A stretch of DNA of 48,090 nt, taken from contig DATKOS010000288.1 in assembly GCA_035524535.1 (NCBI GenBank), positions 1 through 48,090 on the forward strand. The letters are read 5' to 3'. A program made the translations under genes and the position numbers. Positions 34,092 through 44,085 of the stretch are shown here, piece after piece. Origin of the DNA: Bryobacteraceae bacterium. Its GTDB lineage: Bacteria; Acidobacteriota; Terriglobia; Bryobacterales; Bryobacteraceae. The notes beneath the pieces were generated by a model that saw nothing but the letters and a program-made list of their open reading frames with translations, was not told the origin of the DNA and ran no database searches. Position 1 is the first letter of the stretch; each line of letters opens with the position of its first letter.

Positions 34092-34193
34092 CTGCCGACC
34101 GTGGGACGTGGCTGCCCCACGGCCCCACCCGAACAACTTCTTTGTCCTCAGGCCGCCTCGCAATAATATAGGTAGAGAAGGAGACGCCATCTC

Positions 34194-34607
34194 ATGCAGC
34201 TCACCACCTACCTCAACTTCGGCGGCAACTGCGCCCAGGCCCTGAAGTTCTATGAAGAGCACCTCGGCGGCAAGATCACCCAGATGGGCACATTTGGGGA
34301 AATGCCCGCTGGGCCTCCCATCCCGCCGGAACGCAAGGACCAGATCATCCATGCCCGCATCACCATCGCCGGCACGGAGATTATGGCTTCGGATGCGCCC
34401 CCGGAGATCTTCCAGCCCATGCGCAGCGTCTACCTCTCGTTGAGTGTCGGCTCCAACGAAGAAGCCGAGCGCCTCTACGGCATTCTCTCCCCCGGCGGCG
34501 AAATCTTCATGAAGATGGAGGAGACCTTCTTCGCCCACCGCTTCGCCATGCTCCGCGATAGATTCGGCGTGAGCTGGATGATCATCCACGAACGCCCCAC
34601 GCGCTAG
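34194..34607 (+). CDS. VOC/glyoxalase-fold protein (PhnB-like)
   Basis: MQLTTYLNFGGNCAQALKFYEEHLGG...IMASD...FGVSWMI is the PhnB/3-demethylubiquinone-methyltransferase-like pattern. Confidence 0.8.
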   Translation: MQLTTYLNFGGNCAQALKFYEEHLGGKITQMGTFGEMPAGPPIPPERKDQIIHARITIAGTEIMASDAPPEIFQPMRSVYLSLSVGSNEEAERLYGILSPGGEIFMKMEETFFAHRFAMLRDRFGVSWMIIHERPTR

Positions 34608-34664
34608 CGCCCCGCGCACCCTAGGCCGCATCCGCCGCCCCGGCGCGGGTTAGACTGGATCTCT

Positions 34665-35813
34665 GTGAAGATCACGCGCCTCACCACATTCCTCGTCCCG
34701 CCCCGCTGGCTCTTTCTCAAGGTGGATACCGATGATGGCGTCACCGGTTGGGGCGAGCCCGTGGTGGAAGGGCGCGCCCACACCGTGGCCGCCGCCGTGG
34801 AGGAGCTATCCGATTACCTGCTCGGCAAGAACCCCCTCGCCATCGAGGACCACTGGAACGTCCTCTACCGCGGCGGCTTCTACCGTGGCGGCCCCATCCT
34901 CATGAGCGCCCTCGCCGGCATCGATCAGGCTCTCTGGGATATCAAGGGCAAGGCCCTGGGAGTTCCCGTCCACGAACTCCTGGGAGGTCCCTGCCGCCAG
35001 CGAATCCGCGTCTATTCGTGGATTGGCGGCGACCGCCCCGCTGATACCGGACGCGCCGCGAAGGAAATGGCCGCGCGCGGCTTCACCGCCGTCAAGATGA
35101 ACGCCTGCGAGGAAATGCAGTTCGTCGATTCTCGCGCCAAGGTGGACGCCGTGCTCGAGCGCATTGCCGCCGTGCGCGAAGCGGCTGGCCCTCAGATGGC
35201 CATCGCCGTCGATTTCCACGGGCGCGTCCACCGTCCCATGGCCAAAACGCTGGTCCGCGAACTGGCCCCCTTCGGGCTCATGTTCATCGAGGAGCCCGTC
35301 CTCAGTGAGCACACCGAAGCGCTCCGCGAAATCGCCCAGCTCGGCGCCGCCCCCATCGCCTTGGGAGAGCGCCTCTACTCGCGCTGGGATTTCAAGCGCA
35401 TCCTGGCCGAAGGCGGCGTGGACATCCTGCAGCCGGACCCCTCGCACGCCGGCGGCATCACCGAAACGCGCAAGATCGCCGCCATGGCCGAATGCCACGA
35501 CGTCGCCCTGGCGCTGCATTGCCCCCTCGGTCCCATCGCCCTCGCCGCCAACCTCCAACTGGACGCCGTCTGCTACAACGCCTTCATCCAGGAGCAGAGC
35601 CTGGGCATCCATTACAACCAGGGCAGCGATCTGCTGGACTACGTGAAGAACCGCGAAGCCTTCCAATACCAGGACGGCTTCGTCGCCATCCCGTCAGGCC
35701 CCGGCCTCGGCATCGAAGTGGATGAAGCCGTCGTGGAAGAGCGCAGCGAGACCGGCCACCGCTGGCGCAATCCCATCTGGAGACACCCCGACGGCAGCTT
35801 CGCCGAGTGGTAG
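34665..35813 (+). CDS. dgoD: D-galactonate dehydratase (enolase superfamily)
   Basis: The N-terminus (V)[37 protein letters not shown] closely resembles canonical DgoD. The 382-aa length and the metal-ligand region VDFHGR...FIEEP...GER also fit. Confidence 0.88.
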   Translation: MKITRLTTFLVPPRWLFLKVDTDDGVTGWGEPVVEGRAHTVAAAVEELSDYLLGKNPLAIEDHWNVLYRGGFYRGGPILMSALAGIDQALWDIKGKALGVPVHELLGGPCRQRIRVYSWIGGDRPADTGRAAKEMAARGFTAVKMNACEEMQFVDSRAKVDAVLERIAAVREAAGPQMAIAVDFHGRVHRPMAKTLVRELAPFGLMFIEEPVLSEHTEALREIAQLGAAPIALGERLYSRWDFKRILAEGGVDILQPDPSHAGGITETRKIAAMAECHDVALALHCPLGPIALAANLQLDAVCYNAFIQEQSLGIHYNQGSDLLDYVKNREAFQYQDGFVAIPSGPGLGIEVDEAVVEERSETGHRWRNPIWRHPDGSFAEW

Positions 35814-35864
35814 ATTTCCACCAACCTAACCACCAAGCCCCGCATCGGCCGCCGAGCCCCCAAG

Positions 35865-35977
35865 CCGAGCCGCGAACCTACGTGAGCGCAAGGCCACAAC
35901 CGGCCGCCTCGCATTACCGGAGCCTGGCATAAGCCCAGCGCCCCGCCCATGTAGGCGGCCCTCCTGGCCTGCCTTCC
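35865..35977. repeat. Intergenic segment carrying two short dispersed-repeat motifs also present at 39757-39963
   Basis: CCGAGCCGCGAAC (35865-35877) is identical to 39934-39946. TCCTGGCCTGC (35962-35972) is identical to 39770-39780, with flanks that also align. The tail CGTGAGCGCAAGGCC recurs as CGTGAGCGGAAGCC at 36021-36034. Confidence 0.5.
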
Positions 35978-36055
35978 AAAAACCCTGCTCCGAAGATCCA
36001 AACCCGCGCCGCCCCGCGAGCGTGAGCGGAAGCCACACCCGTCCGCCCTACCCAC

Positions 36056-37558
36056 TCACTCCCGGCCGCCAACCGCCGCCGCGCTCAGCGCATCCAGAGC
36101 TTTCTGAATCACCGGATCGCGCCGCGCCTGCACCTCATCGCCCTTCTCCACCCCGAACGCTTGGTTGAAGATCTCCGTCAGCAGCCGGTTCGACATGAAA
36201 TCCGTCTCCGCCGTCCATTCCGTTTCGCTCGGCTGTATCCGCCGGTCCAGAAGAAATGTCCGGAAACGGCCCATCAGCGCCGGCGTAATTTCGAAGTCCG
36301 CCGGGATTTTGTTGCCGCTCAGGTACTCCGTGGCGAAATCCGGGAACGCGCCGCTATCTTCCAGCACCGCGCGCAGCCGGTTCATCGCTCTCGGGTACAC
36401 CACAATGTCCGGCTGAATGCCGCCGCCCCCCGTCACCGTCCGTCCCGCGTCCGTGTGAAATTCGGCCTCGCCGTTGGGGTGCGCCGTCGCGTCCCCCAGC
36501 TCGAACTTCGAAGGGTCCAGCGGCTTTTGGATGGAGCGGCCGCTCGGCGTATAGTAAAGCGCCGTGGTCAGCGCCAGCCCGGTGCCTTCGCTCAGCGGAA
36601 ACATGTTCTGCACCAGGCCCTTCCCGAAGCTCGGCTCGCCCAGAACCGTGGCGCGGTCGTGGTCCTGCATCGCGCCGGTCACAATCTCGGAGGCGCTCGC
36701 CGATTTCCCGTCAATCAGAATCGCCATCCGGAACTGGTACGGCTCCGCGATCGTGGGCACCGTCTGCGTCGTCTCCGGCACGTGCCGCCCCCGCAGCGTC
36801 ACCACCTTCGATCCCGGCGGCAAAAACAGCGAGCACGTCTGAACCGCCGCGTCCACCAGTCCGCCCGGATTGCCGCGCAAATCCAGCACCAGCCCCGCAA
36901 GGCCGCTCCCGCCCAGCTTTTCGATGGACTTCTTGATCAGGTCCGCCGTGTCGCCCTCAAAGCTCGTCACGTGAATGTACCCGATCCCCGCCCCCACGAA
37001 AAACGCCCGGTCCACGCTCGGAGCCGATTGGTCCTCCGGAATCAGCGTCAACGCCGCCACCCCAGCCGCGCCGGGATGCCGCACCACCAGGCGCGCCGTG
37101 TTCTGCCGCGACTCGCTCAGCAACTCGGCGATTTGGTCCTGGTCGAGCCGCGCAATCTCATACCCGTTCACGGCCAGCAAATCGTCTCCAGGCGTCAGCC
37201 CCGCCTTCGCCCCCGGCGTCCCTGGCAGCACCTGCAGCACAATCACGCGCGCCGGCAAAATCGAAACCACCGTGCCGAAGCCCTTCTGCGTGGAGCGCTC
37301 CATCCGCTTCATCTGCTGGAAATTGTCCGGATCGAAAAAGATCGAGTGCGGGTCCAGATTCCGCAGCAGGCCGGGAATCGCACCCTGATACAGCGCCTGG
37401 TCCGGCGTAATCGCATCGGCTGCATTCGCTTCCACCAGCGCGTAAGCGTCCGTGATGGTCTTGATTCGCGTTTCCAGCAGGTCCGCCGCCCGCCCCAGGC
37501 AGGCGGTGGCGCAAAGCGCGGCGAGTATCGGGAGCGGACGGGGCATCGAACGTGCCAT
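36056..37558 (-). CDS. S41-family C-terminal processing peptidase with a PDZ domain
   Basis: The PDZ domain reads VLQVLPGTPGAKAGLTPGDDLLAVNG. The catalytic region reads LVLDLRGNPGGL...SASASEIVTGAMQD...GEPSFGKGLVQ. ATG 37558 or 37546 is the likely start (signal MARSMPRPLPILAALCATACLG). Confidence 0.85.
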   Translation of the reverse strand: MARSMPRPLPILAALCATACLGRAADLLETRIKTITDAYALVEANAADAITPDQALYQGAIPGLLRNLDPHSIFFDPDNFQQMKRMERSTQKGFGTVVSILPARVIVLQVLPGTPGAKAGLTPGDDLLAVNGYEIARLDQDQIAELLSESRQNTARLVVRHPGAAGVAALTLIPEDQSAPSVDRAFFVGAGIGYIHVTSFEGDTADLIKKSIEKLGGSGLAGLVLDLRGNPGGLVDAAVQTCSLFLPPGSKVVTLRGRHVPETTQTVPTIAEPYQFRMAILIDGKSASASEIVTGAMQDHDRATVLGEPSFGKGLVQNMFPLSEGTGLALTTALYYTPSGRSIQKPLDPSKFELGDATAHPNGEAEFHTDAGRTVTGGGGIQPDIVVYPRAMNRLRAVLEDSGAFPDFATEYLSGNKIPADFEITPALMGRFRTFLLDRRIQPSETEWTAETDFMSNRLLTEIFNQAFGVEKGDEVQARRDPVIQKALDALSAAAVGGRE

Positions 37559-37658
37559 TGCGGCTAGTTCAATTCTAGCGAACCCCGGCTTTCCGTCCCC
37601 GCTTTTCCCGTGCGTCCCCTCACCCGCGCGCCCGGACTTACCGCACAATGGTAGTGGC

Positions 37659-38348
37659 ATGCGGATTCTTCTTGCCGAGGACGAAGCGCGCGTGGCGGCG
37701 TTTATCGCCAAGGGCCTGCGTGAGCAGTCCTATGCCGTGGATGTCGCCGGCGATGGCCGCCAAGCCGCCTACCTCGCCGGCGTCAACGAGTATGACCTGG
37801 TCATCCTGGACGTCATGCTCCCGCTCAAGGATGGCCACGCCGTCTGCCGCGAATTGCGCGCCGCCGGTCTGCGCACCCCCATTCTCATGCTCACCGCCCG
37901 CGATGCCGTCGACGATCGCGTGGCCGGCCTGGACGCCGGCGCCGACGACTATCTCACCAAGCCCTTCGACTTCAAGGAGCTCCTCGCCCGCCTCCGCGCC
38001 CTCCTCCGCCGCCCCCGCGAGGTTCGCCCCGCCTCCCTTCGCGTGGACGACCTGACGCTCGATACCGCCAGCCATGCCGTCTCCCGCGCCGGCAAGCCCG
38101 TCAATCTCACCGCCAAGGAGTACGCCCTCCTCGAATTCCTCGTCCTCAACCAGGGCCGCGTCATGGGACGCCAGCAGATCGCCGAGCATGTCTGGGATGA
38201 GAGCTTCGACGCGTTCTCCAACGTCATCGATGTCTACGTCAAGCGTCTCCGCGCCAAAATCGAAACCAGCCCCGCCCACCGCCTCATTCGCACCCGCCGC
38301 GGCGAAGGCTACATCCTGAGCGCGGCCCGCGAGGCGGCCGATGATTAG
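37659..38348 (+). CDS. OmpR/PhoB-family response regulator
   Basis: The receiver domain reads MRILLAEDE...DLVILDVMLP...TARD...KPF. The winged-helix domain reads LTAKEYALLEFLVLNQGRVMGRQQIAEHVWD...IDVYVKRLRAKI. Confidence 0.9.
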   Translation: MRILLAEDEARVAAFIAKGLREQSYAVDVAGDGRQAAYLAGVNEYDLVILDVMLPLKDGHAVCRELRAAGLRTPILMLTARDAVDDRVAGLDAGADDYLTKPFDFKELLARLRALLRRPREVRPASLRVDDLTLDTASHAVSRAGKPVNLTAKEYALLEFLVLNQGRVMGRQQIAEHVWDESFDAFSNVIDVYVKRLRAKIETSPAHRLIRTRRGEGYILSAAREAADD

Positions 38349-39735
38349 AAGCCTCCGCGCGCGCCTCACCGCCTGGTATCTGGCGCTCTTCTCGCTCCTC
38401 TTCGTTGCCTTCAGCGTCTTCCTCTACGGCTTGCTGGCCAGCGGCTTGCGTGAGCGCGTGGACAACGGTCTGCGCACCGATACGGACACCGCCGCCGGCA
38501 TGTTCGAGGACGAGTTGGACGAAGCCAAGGGCGATGTCCAAACCGCCGCCTCGGAAACCGCCAAGGGCATGCGCGTGCACGATGCCTTGGTCGCCGTTGT
38601 CGCCGATGGCGTGCTCCTCGCCGCCACGGACCCTCTGCAATTGCGCGGAACCGGCGGCTTGGCCGCCCTCGTGGCCCATCCGCCTCCCGATGGCGAAACC
38701 GGGGAACTGCCGCAATTCGGAGCCTGCGGCGCCCGCGCCGTGGTGCGCCGCGAACTCGTCGGCGCCCGCCAGGTCCTCGTGGTCACCCTGGCGCCGCTCG
38801 ACGCCATCAAGGCCGAGCTACGCGTCACCCGCCGCGTCATCTTCGTCGCCTTGCCCTTGCTGCTGGGCATCGCGGGTCTCGGCGGCTATCTTCTCACCAA
38901 GCGCGGCCTCGCGCCCCTCGCCGTCATGGCCGTGCAAGCCCGCGAAATCGGCGGTTCCAGCCTGGACCGCAGGCTGCGCATCGGTTCCGCGGCCGAAGAG
39001 CTGGAAGCCCTGGCGGCGTCGTTCAATGAGTTGCTCGCCCGCCTCGATCAATCCTTCGGCACCATGCGCCGCTTCGTCGCGGATGCTTCCCACGAGCTGC
39101 GAACCCCCCTCTCCGTCATCCGCGGTGAGGCGGACGTCGCCCTGGCCCAGGATCGCACCGCCGCCTCCTACCGCGAGTCCCTGGCCATCGTCCTCGACGA
39201 AGCCCGCCGGCTCTCCCGCCTCGTGGACGATCTGCTCAACCTCGCGCGCGCCGATAGCGGCCGCGTCAAGCTCCAGACTCAGGACTTCTACCTCGACGAC
39301 CTCCTGGCCGAGTGTTGCCGCTCCGCCCAGGCCATCGCCGGCCCTCGCGGCGTGGAGGTGGAATGCCTCTGCGCCGAAGACGCCCCCTTCCGCGGCGATG
39401 AAGAGCTCCTCCACCGCCTGGTGATGAACCTCCTCGATAACGCCATCCGCTACACCCCGTCCGGGGGCAAAATCACCGCCGCATTGGAAGCCGGAGACGC
39501 CGACTTCCGCATCACCGTGACCGACACCGGAATCGGCATCGCGCCCGAAGCCGCGCCCCACGTCTTCGAGCGCTTCTACCGCGCGGACCAAGCCCGCTCC
39601 CGCAAGGACGGAGGCTTCGGCCTCGGCCTCTCCATCGTCAAATGGGTTGCCGAAGCCCACCGCGGAGGCGTCCAATTGGCCAGTCAGCCCGGAGTTGGAA
39701 CCGCCTTCACCGTAACCCTGCCCCGCCAATCCTGA
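38341..39735 (+). CDS. Sensor histidine kinase (2 TM, HAMP, HisKA, HATPase_c)
   Basis: The H-box is FVADASHELRTPLSVIRGE, the N-box is LLDNAIRYTP, and the G-boxes are DTGIGI and GFGLGLSIV. It overlaps the response-regulator gene by 8 nt. Confidence 0.9.
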   Translation: MIRSLRARLTAWYLALFSLLFVAFSVFLYGLLASGLRERVDNGLRTDTDTAAGMFEDELDEAKGDVQTAASETAKGMRVHDALVAVVADGVLLAATDPLQLRGTGGLAALVAHPPPDGETGELPQFGACGARAVVRRELVGARQVLVVTLAPLDAIKAELRVTRRVIFVALPLLLGIAGLGGYLLTKRGLAPLAVMAVQAREIGGSSLDRRLRIGSAAEELEALAASFNELLARLDQSFGTMRRFVADASHELRTPLSVIRGEADVALAQDRTAASYRESLAIVLDEARRLSRLVDDLLNLARADSGRVKLQTQDFYLDDLLAECCRSAQAIAGPRGVEVECLCAEDAPFRGDEELLHRLVMNLLDNAIRYTPSGGKITAALEAGDADFRITVTDTGIGIAPEAAPHVFERFYRADQARSRKDGGFGLGLSIVKWVAEAHRGGVQLASQPGVGTAFTVTLPRQS

Positions 39736-39756
39736 CGTAAGAGGCGCCAGCCCCCG

Positions 39757-39963
39757 TGTGCGGCGGGCTTCCTGGCCTGCTTTCCGGGCAAACTAACATT
39801 ATCCCGATATCTCCCCAAAACCGCTCCGTGGACCCCGCGCCGATCCACGAACGCGTGCGCGTACCGCGTAACTGAGCGCCAATCCACGCCCGCCCAAACC
39901 AACGCGCCCATTCCAATCTGCGAACCCCCATATCCGAGCCGCGAACGTCAAAGAGCGGGAGCC
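39757..39963. repeat. Intergenic segment carrying the same two short dispersed-repeat motifs as 35865-35977, in opposite order
   Basis: See 35865..35977. It lies in a 467-bp non-coding stretch upstream of the tRNA-Arg gene. Confidence 0.5.
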
Positions 39964-40202
39964 CCATCCCCCGCCGAAAACACCGAAAGCCGCCCCATCC
40001 ACCCCGCCTGAAAATTCTGCGCCGGGAAATGAGACGCCCGGCAAACCCCGCCGCACCTGCTTCGCGCGAACCTCGCCAGTTCTGCCGAGCATCCCAAACA
40101 GCCCCGCGGCGATTTCCCCATGCACCTGTAGTACACTAAGGTGTCGGCCGGCAACGCCGGTCAACGGAAGGTTCGCTAATTCCAGCCAGCCTTACCAAAC
40201 AA

Positions 40203-40279
40203 GCGCCCGTAGCTCAGTTGGATAGAGCGTCTGGCTACGAACCAGAAGGTCGGCAGTTCGAATCTGTCCGGGCGCACCA
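40203..40279 (+). tRNA. tRNA-Arg (anticodon ACG), CCA encoded
   Basis: Cloverleaf folded by hand. Acceptor stem GCGCCCG/CGGGCGC, D-arm GCTC-AGTTGGATA-GAGC, anticodon arm TCTGG-CTACGAA-CCAGA, T-arm GGCAG-TTCGAAT-CTGTC, then A-CCA. It closely resembles E. coli tRNA-Arg(ACG). Confidence 0.92.
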
Positions 40280-40354
40280 CCCCCTAACCATCCCGCACAG
40301 CACTTGGCCCCATAAATTACTCGGCGCGGCGTTGTTGTATCATGAGATTTCCGC

Positions 40355-41200
40355 ATGCGTGCCTTACTCGAAGCGCTCCGGCCCGGGGACAAGGACTGGG
40401 GCCTCGCGCAAGCCATAGATTCGACGCGCCTCCCGGAGCACATCGCGATCATCATGGATGGCAACGGGCGGTGGGCGGCGCGCCGCTTTCTGCCGCGCGT
40501 GGCGGGTCACAAGGCGGGCGTCACGGCGGTGCGATCCGCGGTGGAAACATGCGCGCAGATGGGCGTCAAGGTGCTCACCCTGTACGCCTTCTCCGTGGAG
40601 AATTGGAAGCGGCCCCGCTCCGAGGTGGAAACGCTCTGGCGGCTTCTGCGCTTCTACCTCAAGCAGGAGCTTCCCAACCTGCAGCGCAATGACGTGCGGC
40701 TGCAAGCCATCGGCCGGCTCGACGCGCTCACGCCGCAGGTGCGCAAGGACCTGGATGAAGTGCTCGAATCCACCTCGGCGAACCGTGGGCTTCTTCTCAA
40801 CCTCGCGATCAATTACGGCGGCCGCACGGAAATTGTGGACGCAATCAACGCGATTGTCGATATGGCGCGGGTGGATGGACGGCTGGAGAGCCTGAAGTTC
40901 GACGAGGAACTGATCTCGACGAATCTTTACACCGCATCCTGCCCGGACCCGGACCTGCTGATCCGCACGTCCGGGGAAATGCGCCTGAGCAATTTCCTGC
41001 TGTGGCAAATCGCCTACGCGGAACTCTACGTCACCGAGACGCTCTGGCCGGACTTCTCCCGCACGGACCTTCTGCGCGCCGTCCTCGAATACCAGAAGCG
41101 CGACCGCCGCTACGGCGGATTGAGCGGCGGCAACGGCGCCGCATTCGAGGAACCGCCGGCCGCCGCGCCGAAACTCATCGAAGCGCTCCGCCCGTCATGA
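40355..41200 (+). CDS. uppS: Undecaprenyl-diphosphate synthase (cis-isoprenyl transferase)
   Basis: HIAIIMDGNGRWA, TLYAFSVENWKRP and RTSGEMRLSNFLLWQIAYAELY. Confidence 0.9.
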   Translation: MRALLEALRPGDKDWGLAQAIDSTRLPEHIAIIMDGNGRWAARRFLPRVAGHKAGVTAVRSAVETCAQMGVKVLTLYAFSVENWKRPRSEVETLWRLLRFYLKQELPNLQRNDVRLQAIGRLDALTPQVRKDLDEVLESTSANRGLLLNLAINYGGRTEIVDAINAIVDMARVDGRLESLKFDEELISTNLYTASCPDPDLLIRTSGEMRLSNFLLWQIAYAELYVTETLWPDFSRTDLLRAVLEYQKRDRRYGGLSGGNGAAFEEPPAAAPKLIEALRPS

Positions 41201-41967
41201 AGCGGCTTCTCACGGCCGCCGCGCTGATACCCGTAATCGTTTATGTCGTGCTGTTCGCCGGGGACTGGCTATTCTTCGGCGTGCTGGCCGCGGCCGCCTT
41301 GCTGACGTATCGCGAATACGATGGCTTGGCCGCGGCTTCTGGCTTCGGCGCGCCGGGGCCGCTCGGTTACGGGTTCGGATTGCTGCTGCTCGTATGGGCG
41401 GGGCCGGCATGGCTGGCAGCCGTGGCCGCGGCCGCGGTGGCGCTGGCCATGGCCATGCGGGCGAGCGACCTTTCCAACTCCCTACCGCGCGCGGCGCTGC
41501 TGTCGCTGGGCGTGCTGTACGCCTTCGGCTGCTGGAAGTGCGCGCTGCCGCTGCGCGAGGCGAACCGCCATTGGCTGATGTTCGCGCTGCTTGTGAACTG
41601 GGTGGGCGACGGCGGGGCGTACTACGCCGGCAGAGCCTTCGGCAAGCACAAGATGGCGCCGCGCGTGAGCCCGCAGAAATCGTGGGAGGGCGCGGCGGCC
41701 TCCATGATCTCTTCCATGGCGATTGCGGGCTTCTACCTGGCGCACTTCACGGGGCTGGACATTCCGCGCGCGCTGGTGTTCGCGGCGGCGGCGAATGCAG
41801 CGGGACAAATCGGCGACCTGGCGGAGTCCGCCATCAAGCGCGGCGCCGGCGTCAAGGATAGCGGAACGCTGCTGCCGGGGCACGGCGGGTTTTTGGACCG
41901 GGTGGACAGCACACTGTTCGCTCTTCCGGCCGTCTACGCGCTAGGCCTGTGCTTCAAGCTGATGTAG
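41197..41967 (+). CDS. cdsA: Phosphatidate cytidylyltransferase
   Basis: The ATGA overlap with uppS puts the start at MKRLLTAAALIPV. Signature motifs are SPQKSWEGAAAS and GDLAESAIKRGAGVKDSGTLLPGHGGFLDRVDS. Confidence 0.87.
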   Translation: MKRLLTAAALIPVIVYVVLFAGDWLFFGVLAAAALLTYREYDGLAAASGFGAPGPLGYGFGLLLLVWAGPAWLAAVAAAAVALAMAMRASDLSNSLPRAALLSLGVLYAFGCWKCALPLREANRHWLMFALLVNWVGDGGAYYAGRAFGKHKMAPRVSPQKSWEGAAASMISSMAIAGFYLAHFTGLDIPRALVFAAAANAAGQIGDLAESAIKRGAGVKDSGTLLPGHGGFLDRVDSTLFALPAVYALGLCFKLM

Positions 41968-42017
41968 CGCTTCGCGTGTTCGCGGCTGGCGGCGCCCGGT
42001 TGCTGTTACGCTGAATT

Positions 42018-42845
42018 GTGCGGCTCTTGCTGATGGTTTGCCTTCCCGCGCTGCTGGCGGCGCAGGATGCCCGCGAGATCGTTTCCAGGGCAATCCAGGC
42101 GAACGACGCCAACGAAGCCATCGCGCGCAACTACACCTACCTGGAGCGGGACGACCTGCGCGTGCTGGACGGCGCCGGCCGCGACAAGCAGCGCCGCATC
42201 GAAACCTGGGACGTGACGATGCTGGAAGGCTCGCCTTACCGGCGGCTGGTGGCGCGCAACGACCAGCCGCTGCCGCCCGCCGACGAGCGCAAGGAAGAAG
42301 AGAAGCTCCGCAAGAGCGACGAAGAGCGCGCTCATGAAACCGGGGAGCAGCGCCAGAAGCGCATCGCCGACGCCCAGAAGCGCCGGGACGAGCGCCGCCA
42401 CGAACCGCTGAAGGACCTGATGCAGGCCTTCGACTTCAAGCTGGCCGGCGCTGAGACCTTGGCGGGCCACGACGCCTGGATCATCGACGCCACCCCGCAT
42501 CCCGGCTTCAAGGGAACCACGAGCGTCTCGCGGGCGCTATTCCCGAAGATCCACTGCCGCTTCTGGATTGAGAAGGAAGGCTATCACGCCGAGCGCATCG
42601 AGTTCGATACGCTCGATACGGTGTCGCTGGGGCTGTTTCTCATCCGCATGGCCAAAGGCAGCCGCGTGAACATCGACCTGACGGAAGTGAACCACGAAGT
42701 GTGGCTGCCCTCGCAGGTGGCCGTGACGGCGGGCGCGCGTGTGCTGCTGGTAAAGGGCATGAACGTCGCCATGCGAATCGACTTTAGCGCCTACAAGAAG
42801 TTCCAGGTGGACTCGCGGGTGCTAACGACCGGGGACGGCAAGTAA
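42018..42845 (+). CDS. Exported hypothetical protein (charged coiled segment + C-terminal beta domain)
   Basis: GTG start and signal peptide MRLLLMVCLPALLAAQ. The composition looks coding and I recognise no family with confidence. Confidence 0.55.
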   Translation: MRLLLMVCLPALLAAQDAREIVSRAIQANDANEAIARNYTYLERDDLRVLDGAGRDKQRRIETWDVTMLEGSPYRRLVARNDQPLPPADERKEEEKLRKSDEERAHETGEQRQKRIADAQKRRDERRHEPLKDLMQAFDFKLAGAETLAGHDAWIIDATPHPGFKGTTSVSRALFPKIHCRFWIEKEGYHAERIEFDTLDTVSLGLFLIRMAKGSRVNIDLTEVNHEVWLPSQVAVTAGARVLLVKGMNVAMRIDFSAYKKFQVDSRVLTTGDGK

Positions 42846-42847
42846 CC

Positions 42848-44038
42848 TCAGGTGGCGGCTGGAAGTGGGCTGGGTGCGGAGCAGCGGACTACCGTTTCCA
42901 GGTGGAACGTTTGTGGGAACAAATCGACCAGCGTCATGGCGTCGATGCGGTAGCCCGCTTCGGTGAGCGCCGCTAAGTCACGGGCGAGGGTGGCGGGGTC
43001 GCAGGAAACCAGCGTGAGCAGCTTTGGCCGGAGAGCGATGAGCCTTGCGGTGACGGCCTTGCCCAGCCCCGCGCGCGGCGGGTCGGCCAGCACGAAATCC
43101 GGTGCTTGTTGCAGGCTTTCCAGATAAGATTCAGCCTTGCCTCGATGGGCGTGGACATTGGTGAAGCCGGCGCGTTCGGCGTTGAAGGCCAGATCGGCGG
43201 CAGCGGCCGAGCCGGATTCCACGGCCGTCACGCGGGCGAAGCGGCGCGCCATCTCGATTGAGAAAAGGCCCACGCCGGCGTAGAGATCGAGGGCGGACTC
43301 GCCCGCCGCGCCTTCCAGCGCAAGCAGCACGAGGCGCTCGGCGAGAAAGCGATTCACCTGGAAGAACGAGTTGCGGCTGACGCGGAAGCGCCCCTGATAA
43401 TCGAGCGCGGCCGGCGCGAATCCGGGGATCGACTCCGCGCACCAATCGAAAAAGCGTCGCGCGACCGGGCGGTCCGTTTCGAGCACGTTGACCTGCACCT
43501 GGTGTTCGTCGGTGAAGATTTCGATGGAGCGCGCAAAGCGAGGCCACCGGAGATCGCGCGCCATCACGTTAAGCGCCGCGAGGGCCTGGTTGAGCTTGGG
43601 CGAGGCGATGGGGCAAGTCTCCACGGGGCGCAGCTTGCGCGAGCGCGCCTCGCGATAGCCCACGCGTCCCCCTTCCACGTGGAACTGCGCGCGGTTGCGA
43701 TAGGCCCATGGTTCGGCGGAGACCACAGCGATCTCCGGCGGCTCGATCTTGCCGAGCCGGCGCAATTCCTCCGCGAGAATCCCCCGCTTCGCCGCCAATT
43801 GGAACTCGTACCCGGCATGCTGGTAATGGCATCCGCCGCACTGGCCGAAATACGGGCACGCCGGCGCCACGCGGTCCGGAGAAGGCTCCAGCACCTCTAC
43901 GGTGCGCGCGTGAATCAGGCCGGGCTTTTCGCGTTCGGCCGCGGCGCGGATGCGCTCGCCCGGCAGTGCGAATGGCGCCAGCGTCACGCGGCCGTCCAGG
44001 CGCGCCAGAGCGTCGCCGCCATAGACCAGCTTCTCCAC
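42848..44038 (-). CDS. RumA/TrmA-family 23S rRNA (uracil-5)-methyltransferase with TRAM and Fe-S Cys motif
   Basis: The Fe-S Cys motif is CPYFGQCGGCHYQH. The SAM motif is ALDLYAGVGLFS. The C-terminal catalytic segment reads LLTLVSCDPATLARDL. Confidence 0.85.
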   Translation of the reverse strand: MEKLVYGGDALARLDGRVTLAPFALPGERIRAAAEREKPGLIHARTVEVLEPSPDRVAPACPYFGQCGGCHYQHAGYEFQLAAKRGILAEELRRLGKIEPPEIAVVSAEPWAYRNRAQFHVEGGRVGYREARSRKLRPVETCPIASPKLNQALAALNVMARDLRWPRFARSIEIFTDEHQVQVNVLETDRPVARRFFDWCAESIPGFAPAALDYQGRFRVSRNSFFQVNRFLAERLVLLALEGAAGESALDLYAGVGLFSIEMARRFARVTAVESGSAAAADLAFNAERAGFTNVHAHRGKAESYLESLQQAPDFVLADPPRAGLGKAVTARLIALRPKLLTLVSCDPATLARDLAALTEAGYRIDAMTLVDLFPQTFHLETVVRCSAPSPLPAAT

Positions 44039-44085
44039 GCTTACTTCGAAATTGCTTACGATAGGAATTTACCCCGCCGCTTACC

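Noticed and set aside
39736-40354. Possible integrated element or attachment site at tRNA-Arg
   Set aside because: No integrase or recombinase gene is present. I saw no direct repeat of the tRNA 3' end in the window. The flanking genes (two-component system, uppS-cdsA) are ordinary core genes. ORFs 39799..40164 and neighbours look spurious.
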